From contig NMRA01000103.1 of NCBI GenBank assembly GCA_002633005.1, positions 341,612-405,611 on the forward strand: a DNA stretch of 64,000 nucleotides, in the 5' to 3' direction. The translations under genes were made by a program, and so were the position numbers. Positions within the stretch are counted from its first letter, which is position 1. Each line of letters opens with the position of its first letter. This stretch comes from Phoronis australis. Its lineage: Eukaryota; Animalia; Phoronida. The notes beneath the pieces were generated by a model. It made no database searches and had not been told where the DNA came from. It saw nothing but the letters and a program-made list of their open reading frames with translations. This document shows, one piece after another, positions 12,704 through 27,700 of this stretch.

Positions 12704-15700
12704 CTGAAACGAAAATAATTTTGCTTGGACACATTCGTAAAGACACGTAGAAAACGTAGATAGCGACGTTTGCATGAACACTCAGAAAAAGAGCTCCTCT
12801 TGAAAATGCTGTATTAAGCAAGTAATTATAAAGTAGTACTTCTTACTGCCTGATCGACATGAAAGACTTTGCCGGCAATGACGGGCGATCTGGTCGACAC
12901 ACTTATCATGTCCAGACAGTACAATCCAGATGATTGGCACATGTAGATTCCGACGCTGATCCGATGAGTTTATGGGCAAAAGTTATTAATTGATATCGGG
13001 AGACGGGGTAATAGAGCGCTGTCAGTTGGGCGTCGTCGGAGTCAAAAATAAACAATCGGTGCACATAAATGCAAATATCCCCGCGATAGCGCCGACCGAC
13101 TTCTCAACCGAGATTGGCAGGTCGTAGAGATGATGTTGTTTAATATCAGCCAGCGATTGTTTGATGATCTCCATAGAGCAAGTGTAAATGGGACCGGTAC
13201 CCTGAAGTCAGATCGGACTGCATGTATTTGAACGGAGCATCCGACCAGAATTGTCCTAAGCGGCACATATTTTGTCACTCAGAAGCATGCAGGTAGCCAG
13301 AACTGTGCACGAGTCTGGCATACTCTCTTTTAGCTGCACCCGCTGATTTCAAAAAGTCCGGCACTCAAGCGACCAGGGCCTAGTACATGTAGAGTCTGTT
13401 AGATCGGCCGAGCATCGCACGATATGTGACCAAGGCATACTTAGAATTCACAGTGGCCACGAAAGAATGGTGCTATTCTACATCGGTCCACGAAGATACA
13501 TGACGAGCCGAAGCAGCAATCGCACTGAATTGTGTGCAAATTGGTCAAATATCAACTTATTCAACTTCAGCCTTATGGTTTACCAGTGGGTGATTTTTGG
13601 CGCCAATGGGTAAAGCAGGTCTAACTATCCCAGTGATAGTGCGATCATATCCTCGACGACGGACGGTAACTTAAGTTTATCGCCTCTTCGGATATGCGTC
13701 GGAATATCAATGACGTAAATATTGAAAGTAGACCCATCAGTTATTTAAAGAAAATTATCGACAAGAAAAATAATTTTCAGAGATCAGTCTCGGTGCAGAG
13801 TCAAACTTGCAACGGCTGTAGGCGAGGGCGCTGCCATACGCTCTGCTGGGGGTGCTAAATCTCGGCAGAGTATCTTGAGCGTCAGTATTTAACTAATGAA
13901 GTCACGGGTCTCGATTTCAGCAAATGTATAGCATACAACGGTGAGACTTGGCGATTTGTAACAAAATTATAAAAAAAACTCCAGCTTGGGGATTTTGTTG
14001 TTTTGTAGCTCGGATGGTCAAAATTACTCATGAACTTCAAGAAGTCCATCCCATCCAGCAATTATCTCGAAAATGCATTTTCGCCCGTAAAACAGATAAT
14101 GAACCTTCAGCAACATGTTACCTAGAGTTTGATTCATCAGTGTAAGCCTACTTTACCTTACTAAGTGAAAATTGCCATAAAGCGGCCTTCCGTCAAAATG
14201 TGTAATTTTTCAATTTAGACTAAATACTTGTACAAAACTAATCACAGCTTGTTCCATACGGGGATTAAAATATCTGCTGTTCAGTATTGCTTGAGACATT
14301 TGGTCTCCGTGAATGAAATGGCCGGACTGTACAAACCAAATTACAACCGAGCAGGTCTCCGAAAAGTAGTTAGCAAATTTAATACTAGAAATCTCTTTAA
14401 CTCTGGTTAAGGAACAATTTGAGAACAATTTTAAACGGTTAATTACCTACAATGTACGTCTTTAAAGAAAGGTGATTATAGCACCTTTACGAGCATATTA
14501 CCTTCTGGGTCCACTGAGAACACTTGACTGCATACAACGATATCATTTGGCCGGGCAAAAGTACCCACTGACACTTTCGACGTAACCTTAGTTTTATAGT
14601 GAACCTTGTAAATGACACTGAAAGTAAGTGACAGGAATCAGTACAATTATTTCAATCTACACGGGATGGGGTGATCACAAACTAAATACAATGTATGGCA
14701 GCAACGCGGCTGCAATGAGATTTGGGATCTCTTGGACGCACATGTTTAGATAACATTATGGGTTTTCGAAAAATATTGGTTACCAGTCTAGTTCATCATT
14801 TGAAACAGCTCGGGGGCAATTTCCGATAAAAAAACTGCAGATCTACCAGAGCAAATAAGCCGTCAGGAAATTGGGAAGACACCCAGCAGAAAAAAGCTTC
14901 CGCTAAATTAATACAAAACATTAACAACAGGGAGGATACGTCTTGCAGACCTAAGGCACTCGCGAGAAAAGCTATCCTGAGTGTGATGCATGCCGATACA
15001 TGTATCTCGCGAAGACTTTAGTATAGCTCGTTTTTCTCGCAAGAAATGAACGTGACTCTATACTTAACGCAACCCAGATGTCTTTTGTCGGGCACGTGGC
15101 ACCGGTTTTATGGGTTCCAATAGACTGGGTCTAAGTGTTCAACCAAATTCTTCCAAATGTTCACTTCTTTAACTTTGTGAATGAATACCGTACTGCTCTT
15201 ATTTCAGAGGTTTTTTGCATGAAATGACCTTTGTGCTCAGATTGTCTAGTTCGTGATATGTTAGGAATCTCCGTTACCCGTTGCTCCAGTCGCCGAAATA
15301 AAGCCATTGACCGTGAAGGAAGAGACCAAACGGTTGAGCTCCGGTTCTGTGATAATTCAGTTTTCTCTCTGTGCCACCATCCAGCGTGACTGAGCTAATC
15401 GTTCCTAAGAACCCATCAGTCCAATAAAGCCGGTGACCTGTGTGAAAAATAACGATATTGACGACCAGCGATGATGATAATCATGACCACGGCGGTGGTG
15501 GTCAACGATGTCAAAAATGCACACAAACATTGTAAAAAGAAATTTTTGATCGACTGATAGGTACCAGTCATTCCAAGAATGTGTAGGCAATTTGTGACCT
15601 AAGTGAGCGTGTTGTCAATACCAGATTTAACCCCTTTCGGCCAGGTTTTTAACCGATGAAATTTGCCTTCCCATTTTTACTAGCAATTATAACTCCAATA

Positions 15701-18700
15701 GTTAGCTTTTCCGGAAATGTCGTTTTTTTTTAATTTTCATGAGCCAAAATTTAACTGAATCTAATGATTCATTGAAAAAGATGGACCTTAGCTCACGCTT
15801 TTACCCGAAAAGCAAAGCTTCTCATGCGGCGAGTCTTAGCACTTAATACGAGTATGGCTGATCATTGAGAAGAAGCTGCCAAAACTCGAGCTACCTTAAT
15901 GGTTGTCCCTTTGGAAAATGGAAGTAATTGCAATCAAGGCATACAGTGAAGCAGCTAACATTACAATATCTGTTTACCATTGTCGTTGATTGCCAACAGA
16001 TTCGCGACTCTTTTTGCTATGAAATTTTCACAGGACACGACACTCTCTTCCAATCATCATCTCAACTCCCGGTTAACGAGCAGACGTACTTTTCCGGAAG
16101 TACAAGGGGCCGTTATAATAGGCGCTGCCAGTTAATAGTGACGTCGCTGCCAATAATGTTAGTCGTGGCTTAATTGTGAGACGAGTGAGTAGTTAGATTC
16201 GGTGGTCCACGTACATGTAGCCTACAATAGCCTATGCTGTTACCTACCATGATAGTCGACGGCCAGACCATTCGGCTGCACAATATATTTTGAGGCGTTG
16301 ACTAGGGTCTTTAGATGTGACCCGGAGTACGACAGCCTGTGTATTGCCGCTTGCGGTCCCTGGGTGGCGAAATACACAATCCGCGTTCTAGTACAGACGG
16401 TAACAGCTCTGGGTGAAAAAATATTTTTCGCTATGACTCTTTGACGACTACCTATTGTAGTCAAAGAGTTGATGGTATGGTGACCCACGTCAGTGTAGAA
16501 TAACGCGTCTTTATCAAAATCTGCCGTCAACCCTGACGGTATAGACTCTGCAAGAAGACGTTAAAATAAAAGTTAGGCTAAAGTCTAGGACTTCGTTCGG
16601 TAGATGAAAGAACGTGTCGAGTAAAACTAGTATTATCACGTGCTTCCCTTGTAGCTGTTTCAAGAGAGTACATGTAGACTGAAGACTTCGAGAAGTTTGG
16701 TCTTACGCTCCACATAAATATTTCTGAAAAATGATTTAAACCCACTTTAGCAAAGAATAAATTATCTGAAATAGACACATAATTGTTACTTACTTATAAA
16801 AAGTCTATGTCAATTATATCTCGTCAGTAATGTTCTAATTATTATTATAATAAGCCTTTATTTGGCAACTGTGAAGTGGGGACGTCAGACAAAATTTATG
16901 TCTTAATTCTTAAGTAGCCGTTCATGAAACATATCCCAGATGTTACTTCTTGTCAAAGCAAGGAAATTGATGACCTTAATATTACAGCGGCAAGTGGTGT
17001 TAATTTGCAATTAGTTTCTTTGGTGTAAGTTGGGTTTATAGTCGCTTTAAACATACCACTGTCCAAAACGACAACAACTCTTTCATTGCTTCCGTTTAGG
17101 TTGGCGCGTTTTATCGTTCTCGCCTGCACGTCTGTCCAGTATATAATTTCGCTTCTGACGTCATATTCCACAGCAACAACGTTGTCCACGGGTGACAGGG
17201 GAACTGCTCTGACGTCGCTTGTATCTTTGAGACTAATCTGGTACAAGGTTCGCTTCAGGTAGTCCGACACAATGACGAATTCTTCCTTCAAGAGTTCTGC
17301 AAAGAAGAGCCCACACTTACCCTTGCAAAACGGAAACGGCCCACGAACAAAAAAGAACAAAGATAGGCATTTTCAATAAAGGCTTTTCGATGACTGTCCC
17401 AATTGCACCAATTGCATCTCCAATTCTGCGTGGGTGATTTTGTACTCGTGGAATGCAATGGAACTTGCCCTTTGGTCAAACAACTCCATCTTGGTGAGAT
17501 GGAACGAAGGTTTAGTTATCAATATTCTGTTTTTGCATAAAATATGAAAATCAAAAATGCTTGTGTCGAGAACAGAGACATGAGGTTACATGTTGATGGT
17601 GCTTAGTAATTTGCTGGAGTAAGGCCTACTGTAAAACACCATTTACAATTTTATTATTTCGTTTAGTATAATGGAACCCAGACACTATCTACAAAATTCG
17701 AGTGTCGTTGGCAATTCCAATGTGCTTCTTCATGTATATAACATCAAGGTAGAACACTAACGTCAGGTAGAGATCTTTCACCATTGAATAAAGGCTGGCC
17801 ATGAGATAGACTTTCTGCCTCTACAAACACAGAGCACCAAACAGTCCTGGGCCCGGTCTCCAATCTTTTTACTCGAAATGGAACTCGAAATTAGGTTTGA
17901 CATTTTCTACACTACTTTTGGCCGAACTCAAGATAAGTGTCTATTATTCTGTACTCGAGTACACAATAACTTATGTAGATAATTTATTGCCCTTAGTTCA
18001 CAGTTTGTAAACCCAATATTAAAGCAATAAGTTCGAGTTTGAACTCGAAATTTCGAGTTTTTGCTCGAGTTTGTAGCACGAATATAAGGGTCTTCAAGGG
18101 CAAACTTGAACTAGAAACTCCTATGCATAAAGTATAATGTATTCGAGCACAGTCTGATAACCATTTATCCTAAGTTTGCACAAAAGGAGCAGAGAAATTG
18201 CCAAAAATAGTTTCGAGTTCGTTTCGAGTACAAAGATTAGAGACCGGGCCCTGGTCTCTTCCCGGGAGCAAGACTTTTAAAGCCTTATTACAATCAAAGT
18301 ATTAAATCATGATGCAGTCAAAAACGGCAAAACATCGCCAGTGACCTAAGAACAACAGAAGAAGGCAGAGGCAAAGTCTAACTACTGATCCATGTGAGAT
18401 TCCCGATTGTACACTACAACTTTCTCCGTCTTCATTCTAAAACGACAAGCTATGTCTGACAAAAAGCTATCACTGCTTGTATAACAGGGTTTCTTCCATG
18501 ACAACGAAGGTACGTCTGGGCACCTGCAGAAACTTATTGGTTTGTTCACGAGTAGATAGTTTAGTTCGAGCTCACAGTTGTCCACTTATTGACGAACAAG
18601 CCCCGATTTTCCCATGAGGCTCACCTGTAGTGCACGTTGAGTTATTGCTCACGTATCCTGAAGCGCACAGACATGAACGACCAGTCTGAGTTGGGAAACA

Positions 18701-21700
18701 CAGGTGGTCACAACCTCCGTTATTACCTCTACTACACACACCTGTATGCAAAACGATCAAGCACATATTTAACAAAGCTGCATAGGTCTTGTTGCTAGCA
18801 AATAGCTTGTGGGAACGACAGTCACGTTTTTCAATTAATTGCTCTGCACTGAAGTTGCATCTGGCTGTGATTAGCTGCCTGAAAACGAAAATCCAGTTAG
18901 ACCTTAACCTCTTGAAATCGGTTTCATTTCTTTCCGTTAAAGGATTCTATGTCCGTTACCAGCATAAGCAGAAAACAGGGGCGGATCCAGGATTTTAAGT
19001 TAGGGGGGCCAGGGCAGAGTATTAGCCAGGATTTTGCCCCTCAGACATTCGCACTCCCGAACTGCCAAATGGAATATGGGAGAATTTTAGGAAGGCCATG
19101 GCCCCCTTGGCCCCTCCTCTAAATCCGTCAGAGCTAAAAGCATTCAGCGTCTCAGGAAAACGCTCGCCTTCTGAGTTTATTGGGGTTGGTCAGTACTAAA
19201 AATGTCGCGTATGACCAGTTCAGTTCGTAACGGGAATAGAACGCTATCGTGATAAGGAATATTACGATACCGATTCCATGAATTTAAACGGCCTCGTTCA
19301 ATTTCCGTTTCTACTAGCCAGTTAAACGAGGGGAACTACAGCTTAAAGTAAAGAATTGGACACCACAATGATAGTTTTGACATTTAACAAAAATAACATG
19401 ACGCAATTTGATTTTTTTCGTGTTCCTAATAACGCGATAGGCCAAGGACAATTTTCTTTTTAAAATACATTGGTAACTGTGCTTTGCGGCTTTACACGCT
19501 GCCTCGTAGCCAAGGACAAAACAATTGTTAACGGGCACAAATCGCTATTACTACAATATTTTTGAGAATTTTAGTGATTAGGCTTGAACTCGAGTTTATT
19601 AAACTTGCTGCAGTCTAGATTAATTTCAGTCTACTGACTTGGCGACAATGGCTGTGCCGAAGTATCATATGATGCAACGTCTTGCAGTAGCCCATGTTTT
19701 GACGTCATAGGCTCTCTAGACCTTTTTCTGGAATCTTTTAGGGAAAAGTGGATCTCATTCGCTGTCGCCCAAACAACATAGTCCTGAAAGTAAGATGCAA
19801 AAGAAGTGAATTTTCAAGTGAAGCAATATCTTGTAATGTGTAAAGAGGAAAGACTTCTTCTGCTTTAAAAAACATGTTGAAGCTTACAAGAGTAAAACCA
19901 ACGAAGTTACGAACTTCGAAGCCCCAGGTTTAAGATGAGCATGTACATATATGGTCCGAGTAGAGAAGCCATTAAATAGTCTTTGTAAAAACGTTGGACA
20001 ACGTAGCTCAACACAAACTGTCCGGTTCTGTCTATTTTCGAAGCATGGCAACGTCAGGCTTTGATTTAATAAGTGCTACTGGGAATCGCCGAACAATAGC
20101 GGAGTTTATGATTATAAAACAGGAGTTGCTCTAGTGCGCATACTATGAACACAACTCCGGGGTTGTGAATGGTAGTCACGTGGTTGTACAAGTAGCAACA
20201 GACCACTTACAGGTTACCTCAACTGAGCAGAGGAAGTGGGACAAAATAGCCATCTGGTGGCATAACCTCGCCCAAGGTCTGTAGCACGTGGCATGCACGT
20301 GGAAAATCAACATGAAGCCTTACAGACCTCAATCGAATTCCCGCATTGCACTAGCAAATTAGCTCCAGGGCGCCGATTAAGGAAAGTGGGACAAATTTTT
20401 GTCTTATTCTTATCTGGAAAGGTCTATGAGCACCTGTTCAAACTTGTGGTGAAAATCAAATTTTGAAGTGGTCAACATCATGAACTTGACCACAGCGCGT
20501 CCTGGAAAGACTGAGGAAAATCAAAGTGTCCCAAAAAACGAGAAGTTGTCATTGATTCTTATTCGTGGACAAATCCGCCGTTTTTGGAGACAGTTATTCC
20601 AGTTAGAATGAGACTACTTCTCTTTTTTGTACGATTCCTGTTTGAAGGTGAACGACATCTGTAGCAGGTTCGTGATGCCCATCTTGAATTTTCATGCATT
20701 TACCCTGTGAATTGTAACAGCGATTATTTGCTTGACACTAGAAGTAACGATAACGGTTCGTCGCTTTGTCAGTAGGTTGTAGCTTTCAACTGTTCCACTT
20801 GCTGCATCCGACCAAAATAGGCTGCGAGAAGAAAAAATAAGCTGCAATTAATTATAGTCACGTGACTGAAGTGATGTCCGCCACATCTACTTCGTAAGAT
20901 CATAGACTATATAATCTATGGTAAGATCAGGTTATCTCCACAGGTAACCAGATGCAGTCTATTCAGGCTCCAATAAAAATGGCAAATTGTCTTCAGTATG
21001 ATATCGAGCTCTTCGGCTTCTGATACTTCTCAGGGTTTTCCTGAAACAACTTTGAGGTGGTGCTATTTTAACATCACTTCCAAAATCTATCGGTCTATTT
21101 ACACCGACCTTTTAGCCAATTTACATTGGCACAATGTTTCAGTCGTTCATTTCTCCGACCGTCTTCAGGTGCTACAGTGTTCTTAGAAGAACAACAACGG
21201 GTCTATGGTAGGCTACATTCATAGTGTTCAATGATGAAGATGGAAGACAAAATGACCGACCGAAACATCTTGCCAATGTAAAAATGCTAGAGGTTGGTGT
21301 AAATAGACTAATTGATCTTAGAAATGATGTCCTCAGTGCTCCCCTTTCTCGTAACATGACGTTGCCCGAATAGTTTCGAGCTAACACACTAAATGTTGAT
21401 TTCCACGGCATGCTATTTGGTAGTAGATGATCGAGCCGACTCGTGGACGAAACGGCCGGGATGCCCGCCAGGCAATCGTGAGACCCAGTAAGCTGTACGT
21501 ATAAAGCAAGAGTTTAGCAAAGCAAGTGTGTTACGATACGTACGTGTTTCAGATCAAACAAGTTAGATCATGCTAGTGTACACCAAAATATTTCCATCAC
21601 AGTAAGTTTCACGCGTGGGAACTAGATCTTTGACAATTGCTAGTAAAATGTCCGCCACATGAAAAAGGTGACGTACCTCGGGGTTATTACGTTGCGACCA

Positions 21701-24700
21701 GATTCTTCCTTCCACAGGATAATGTATATATTAGTTTTAGTAACCTGGATGAAGTATAGGTCTATTCAGCCCTAAACCGTATACTGGACTTGAGACAAAT
21801 TGCATTGATTCCACCATTGTCTTTGTTGAACATGCTCAGATATTAAGCTTACGTTTCTGAAGAGACATCTGTCGCTAAGTCCGAAGGAGCTTGAAGAGTT
21901 GAGAGTAACGTGGAATGATGCGAGCCATCCAGCTGTGCCATGTCTATTCCGGGTGATGCACCGTTTGTTATCCAAAACAGGGACCTAAAAGGCATTACAT
22001 ATGCCGAGGTTATGCCATAATGATGAGCACCGTGTTGCTGACCGAGGTTAAGTTCCCGTTGAAGGGGCTGAGAACTTTTAAGTTAAAATGACACTTCGGG
22101 TATATCCACCTATGGAGTCTTGGCCAAATGAGAAGATACTCTACCGCAATATGGACTCGTGTCAGCCAAGGTTCAGCTTAGGAATGGTCCATGCGCGCAC
22201 CCAGCGTAAAATATAGGGAGGCTTGAATTTTTCGATACGTGGACCTATTACTAAAAGAAATCAATCCTGTGTGCGCCCATGTGGTCTGAGGTGGACTGTG
22301 GATTGAACGTGTTTACTGCATGACCACGGACAAAGGCTAAGTCAGCGAATCCTTTAGTGATGAGCTTAGCATTCATCCCTAGGAAATTCTGTAACTACAC
22401 CATCTCAGTCAATCAAATGAACATTTGATTTGTAGGCCAATGTATTGAAGATTATAAACGACTTTCAAGCTTTTGCGGGGGGCTGGTAAATGCTAATCAC
22501 CCAATTTTCCTCAGGATTCCAAGGGCGATCCCATTTTAAGATTCCTGAGCCATAATAAAAATCCGTAAACTTGTCACGAAATAACCTTAGAACCGCATGA
22601 GAATTGTTGATGTTTTTGTTTACAAGTAGGTTCAGTGAATCTGGTTTGCTTATATTTGTGAACATTTTGTTACTGAGAAAAATCCGACGGTTATCTTTTC
22701 TTCAAAATGGCGGCCCCTCTAGCATTTGTTGCATTGCTTCTCAGAAACTGAGCTATCAGCCGAGATTTTAGATACAAGTAGCCATCAAACAACCCAGACT
22801 TGCAAAAAACGTGATTTTATATGAACAATTTTGGACCAGATTTTTTGAATCTTGCATTCGGAATCTCGTGTTGGCTCATGTTGAGCATTGCCAGGGAAGT
22901 GGTGGCTTTGGTTTCTTGACAATTTTTTCGGAGCCCCGCTTGTTTATTACGTGAAAGGGACAAACCATGAGACAGAAAGAAGCTTCTGAGGTCTAGGGTA
23001 GCACTTTTGTGGTGATATGACTCACAACTTTTCATTTTTATTTAGTTCATAGAATTTTCAACAGAATGGAAGAAGGCGGCGATTCGAGAGATGTGTGCTC
23101 CACTAGGCAAGATTGGTGAGAGCTGTACAGTGCCTACGAAAACATCACGCTTTTCATAAACACGGCATCAAATCACAAGTAGGCACTAATTAGCCGATTT
23201 TTTATTTTCATATTTGAACATTATGGTATAGAGTTTTAAACGTAAAGTTAAAAAACGTAAAATGGGAAGTTAACGTCATAAATGTCCTTGAAAACATTAG
23301 TTTATGCGAATCTCTTATGCCAATTTTGTTCCGTAAATTTTCCGTAATCTTGAAATTTATCATATGATTGCAAAATTTGCGTAATTAATAACTTTGTTCA
23401 CCTGAACAATTCTTCAAATGAGAATTTCCGCTTAATAGGCTAGAAAAAACGCAAAACGTCTGCAATGAAAGCGTTTTCTATGCTCCAGTGTAGCTTACTT
23501 TCTGGATGGAATGACGACAACTGCCGATGGGAGAGCAAGTCCTTCCACGAGCGTTCGCTGGTGGTAGCCATCCAGATCGGAGACACGTAGGATGCCAAGT
23601 TTACTGTTGGTCCAGTAAAGATGCAAATTCACCCAGTCAACAGCGAGTCCTATGAGCAATTTAAACACTAAATACAATTTTCAAACGATCTAGTGGCGTG
23701 AAAATTGACTTTGTTTCGTGTATTGCGCAGGAATAAGTCAAATGAAAAATAGTGGACGGATTGAACACCTTTACTCAATTGAAACACGATAGCCCGCGTT
23801 TAGCAAACCAGCACGCACATTTTGGTATTTTTAAATATCAACTTCAAAGTTGCGTGAAGTGTTTGATAACACTGATAAATACCTACCAATATTTCTGTAC
23901 GCTATTTTGCAACAAATATGTAGTAGGTAGAAAATTTGCACAGCGAACCAGAGATCACCGTTTCTTCTTTACAAAACAGCGTTTGATGTGAATTTGTGCA
24001 GTGACAAGAAAATCATTGGTTTACATAACATCGTTACCAGGGAACTTAAGTAACGTGGCTGGCATACATGCCCATTACAATTTTTGTCAGCGGTGTTGGG
24101 CGTACGACTGACTAACCTTGAATGTTCCCTTGTCTTTCACCAATCAGAATTTTTGGTTTCTCGCCATCAGTCAAGCGCAGCTTCAAAATATGGCCATCCT
24201 GCACGAAGTAAGCTGTGTCTGAGTATGTGTTAAACGATAGGTGTCGCGTAAGTCTGTTGCTGACGTAGAAGCAGACGCCATAATCAATTGAAGAGATGTC
24301 AGCAACGTTGTGCGGAAGGGCACATAAAGAAGAACTGTTGGAGTAAATGAGTTGTGGTGGCTTGTATCCAGTAGATACTACAAAGACAGACATTTCAATT
24401 CGTGATACAATATCTATGATATAAAATTCCAGAACCAAATTTAAAAAAGGATACCAGCGTGGAAAATAACGGAGAATCGATAGCCTTCAAGAATTTACGA
24501 AGCACGACATTGGCGTTCGACGATGTACCACAGTGACCTGAGACTAGCTAGAGAACGGGATACGAAGCTTCATCCCTTTGGTATTTCACAAATTCATGAA
24601 AATTTTGGGGTTACACGTTCATTGAATTTTAAATGTATTATACAGGCCCGGGCCTATTACGGGAATACAATTCGTTGTATATACAGAAACCCAGATGCCT

Positions 24701-27700
24701 CAGGTGCGAATCCAGGTTCGCGACTGATAGTCTCACAACGGACACGCATTGACCTATCACTGTTAGCATGAGACTGGATGTCCGCACAAAGGATTGTGGT
24801 ACAGTCATTCACGGTCATCCAAAGCAACATTGTACAGTCATAGATACCGGTACTGTAAACGATTCAGTCAGAAATTCAGTTTATCATAGAAGTGGTAAAC
24901 AGCATCACAGGAAGTCGGCGCGGATGCACAATTCGTGGGTCTTAACCTAGTGGCCCCGGTTTTTTTTAGTCCGCGTAGATTTCTTTCAGTAAAAGTCTGC
25001 ATATCGAAAAATTCGAGCCCCCCTATATTTTAGGCTGGGTGCGCGCATTAACACATGACATGTATCCAAATCTGAACTGCCAGCTTACCGAGCAAAGGCA
25101 GGAGATTGCATGCGTGACTCTTTTTGTACTCTAGATTGCCAATAAGTGGCACCTTATGTTCATGGCGCGCAAACGGGCGGGCGGTATGAACCCCGCTTCT
25201 AGACCCGCGCCTGGTTTACGGTATGCAATACTTCACCTGTACATGATCTATCGTCATCTCGGAGATGATATCCTTGAGAACAGTAACAGCTAGCTCTGTT
25301 CTTGTCCTTGTTGATACATATGTGTTCGCAATTAAGATCGCTGCAGGGGCCTGTAAATGAGTCGGTAGTTATGAAACGAAACGTGCAGAAATGTCTACAA
25401 AATATTATTGGTGCAACATCGCCAATTTGTGACCACAAATGGCCATATATGTTCGGTTTTGGTGTAAAGATCTGCAATGCACAGAATTACTCTTCAAAAT
25501 CTATTAGTTCACCTATTTTTGGCCAGGAATGCATTAGCTAGTGAATTTCTTGTGGACTTATCCACTTTCGGCCGGGTTTCCGGGCACGGTTATTTTTTAT
25601 CATTATTAGTGTATACCACAATGAACGGTCACTTAGCTACTCAATCACCGAGCTGGGTTGCATCAAATTTTAATTTCAACTGCTGTATATGTTTGACGCT
25701 TGCCGATGATGCCAAGAGTACTGCTCATGTGCTATCCATCATTGTAGTTTTATGCAAGTGGGCGCTGCCGAGTACCAATACACACATACCAAAGAAATCT
25801 TGGTTGAAAGTACCAATGAGCTATACCAGGAGTGAAAGTACTAAGTACTCACTCGTGTCATCCACATCAACCAATAGATAACCGACAGTAATACCACGTG
25901 GCCTTGCCCAAATGTCACCAATAAAGGCTTGGTTCGTTCTGTTGAACACGTGAATGGCGCCCACACTTTCTTCTGATACAAAGACGAAGTCCTGCAAACG
26001 CACCATGCTTACAGATTGTCACGTTACTGACTGGTTGATCTACAAGCGCAAGATCTGCCTCAACCAGCTTTTGTGTGAAAACTTTCTAACAGTAACGTTT
26101 TACGTGTTTTGATCTCATGGGTAGCGATAACCGCACACAATTGAAAAAGAGTTTGCCTCAAAAGTAAGTGATTCAAGCTCAATACTTGATTACTGTGCTA
26201 CTAGTTATTCATGGAATTTACGAAGAGGCTGAGAAAAGTAACGAACATTATTGGTCATTCTGGAATTTATTGATAGGCTTAGAAAAATATAGAACGGCAA
26301 CTACAATTATGGCAAAACATTTGCTGCACTTGATTGTATTCGCCCGTTTCGCAGGGTTAACCGGCTAAGACACTTTTTTGATTGGTTCGAAATTGATGAC
26401 AACTTCCACCTAGTTGACCCGGCGGAAACGGTGAAGTCAATCAAGTGCAGCCATTGTACCCAAAAGACAATGATTGAGACGAACGCGTGGACGCACCCAT
26501 TTTACCATTAAATTGCATTTGTTACCTCAAAGATGGCAAGACCAGTTGATAAGTGGACCATATTTTCATTGGTAAGGATTAGCTCAGACACCCGTCTATG
26601 GGCGCCGTTGTAGTCAACCCAGTTGAGTGTTCCTGTTGAAAGTTATAGCGATGCAATTTGACCAAATCATCAACCTATTCAAATTCATGCGCATAGATCA
26701 AGTTTAATACTTTGTACTTTCTGTTGAGTTGAAAATGGAATTTACATGACTCCCGGTAAAAAAGCCACGCGCTGATCAAGGTCCGGAAAAGGCGCTCCTT
26801 GTGAAAGGGCTGCAACAACGCAATAATTTACAAACATAAACATTTCCCAACTGTGAAAATTTCGGTGCAAAATGCTCAGATAAATGACAACCCGAGAGTA
26901 CCACTGAACTGTTAGGTGTTGTTGGTATTTCAATTACACGCTCTGTGACGAGAATAGTGTCGTCGTGTATGAATTTGATTGGCTAGTTTAAATAAATGGA
27001 AGCTTAGTCTACATGTTCGCCGACCGAGAAAGCTTACACAGGCCAATTCAAGCTAGGGTATTTTCAACCGGAATCGAGGATTGGTCATATGCAGTACTAC
27101 CGGTACGTCTCATACGATTTGACTGAGTATACAGTAACTACAGTTATGAGGCAACTCCTACGCTAACACTTGGGGTTTTGTTGCTCCAACGCCTACGTGA
27201 GCTTAAAGGAGCATGCCACCCAAAAAACAACCTAATTTGTATCAATTTAGTTCGAGTAGTTCTGTACTCCATAACGACACGTACGGTTGCGTTACCTGAC
27301 GGCAGACGGAGGTGTTGAAATTATCTAATGACGTCATCGGTTTCACACGCAGTCTGTTCAGCAGTTCACAACACGGGTTACTGGTGTCAGCTTATCGCTT
27401 GAAGTCATCTTTTAACACCAATAAATCATCAAACTTCGATGTAAAATCCTCAAAAATACACCGAGTTCTTATAAAAACGTGTTGTTTTATTTCGCTCTTA
27501 CGGATTTATTGGTATTCGGACACACCGTAGCCTACAAAGTTCGGCAGGCCAATAAGGTCTGTAGCAGGAGTTTGGGGTCTGTTCGGAGATAATTTCGAAG
27601 TATTTTCCGTGAGATACAGACAGGAGAACCTAGATCTGTGTTGTTTAGACTTGTGATTTTTTTAGTTCTAAACACAAAACGCTAGTTATCCTGGTCAGTG

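Noticed and set aside
13437-13527. Possible extra exon between LRP-like exon 16 and the TM exon
   Set aside because: The required phase-1 frame contains a stop and shows no EGF cysteine pattern.
18382-18585. ORF with an acceptor-like site next to the EGF exon
   Set aside because: The phase needed to follow exon 12 hits a stop, and exon 12 splices cleanly to 17296; no propeller motif.
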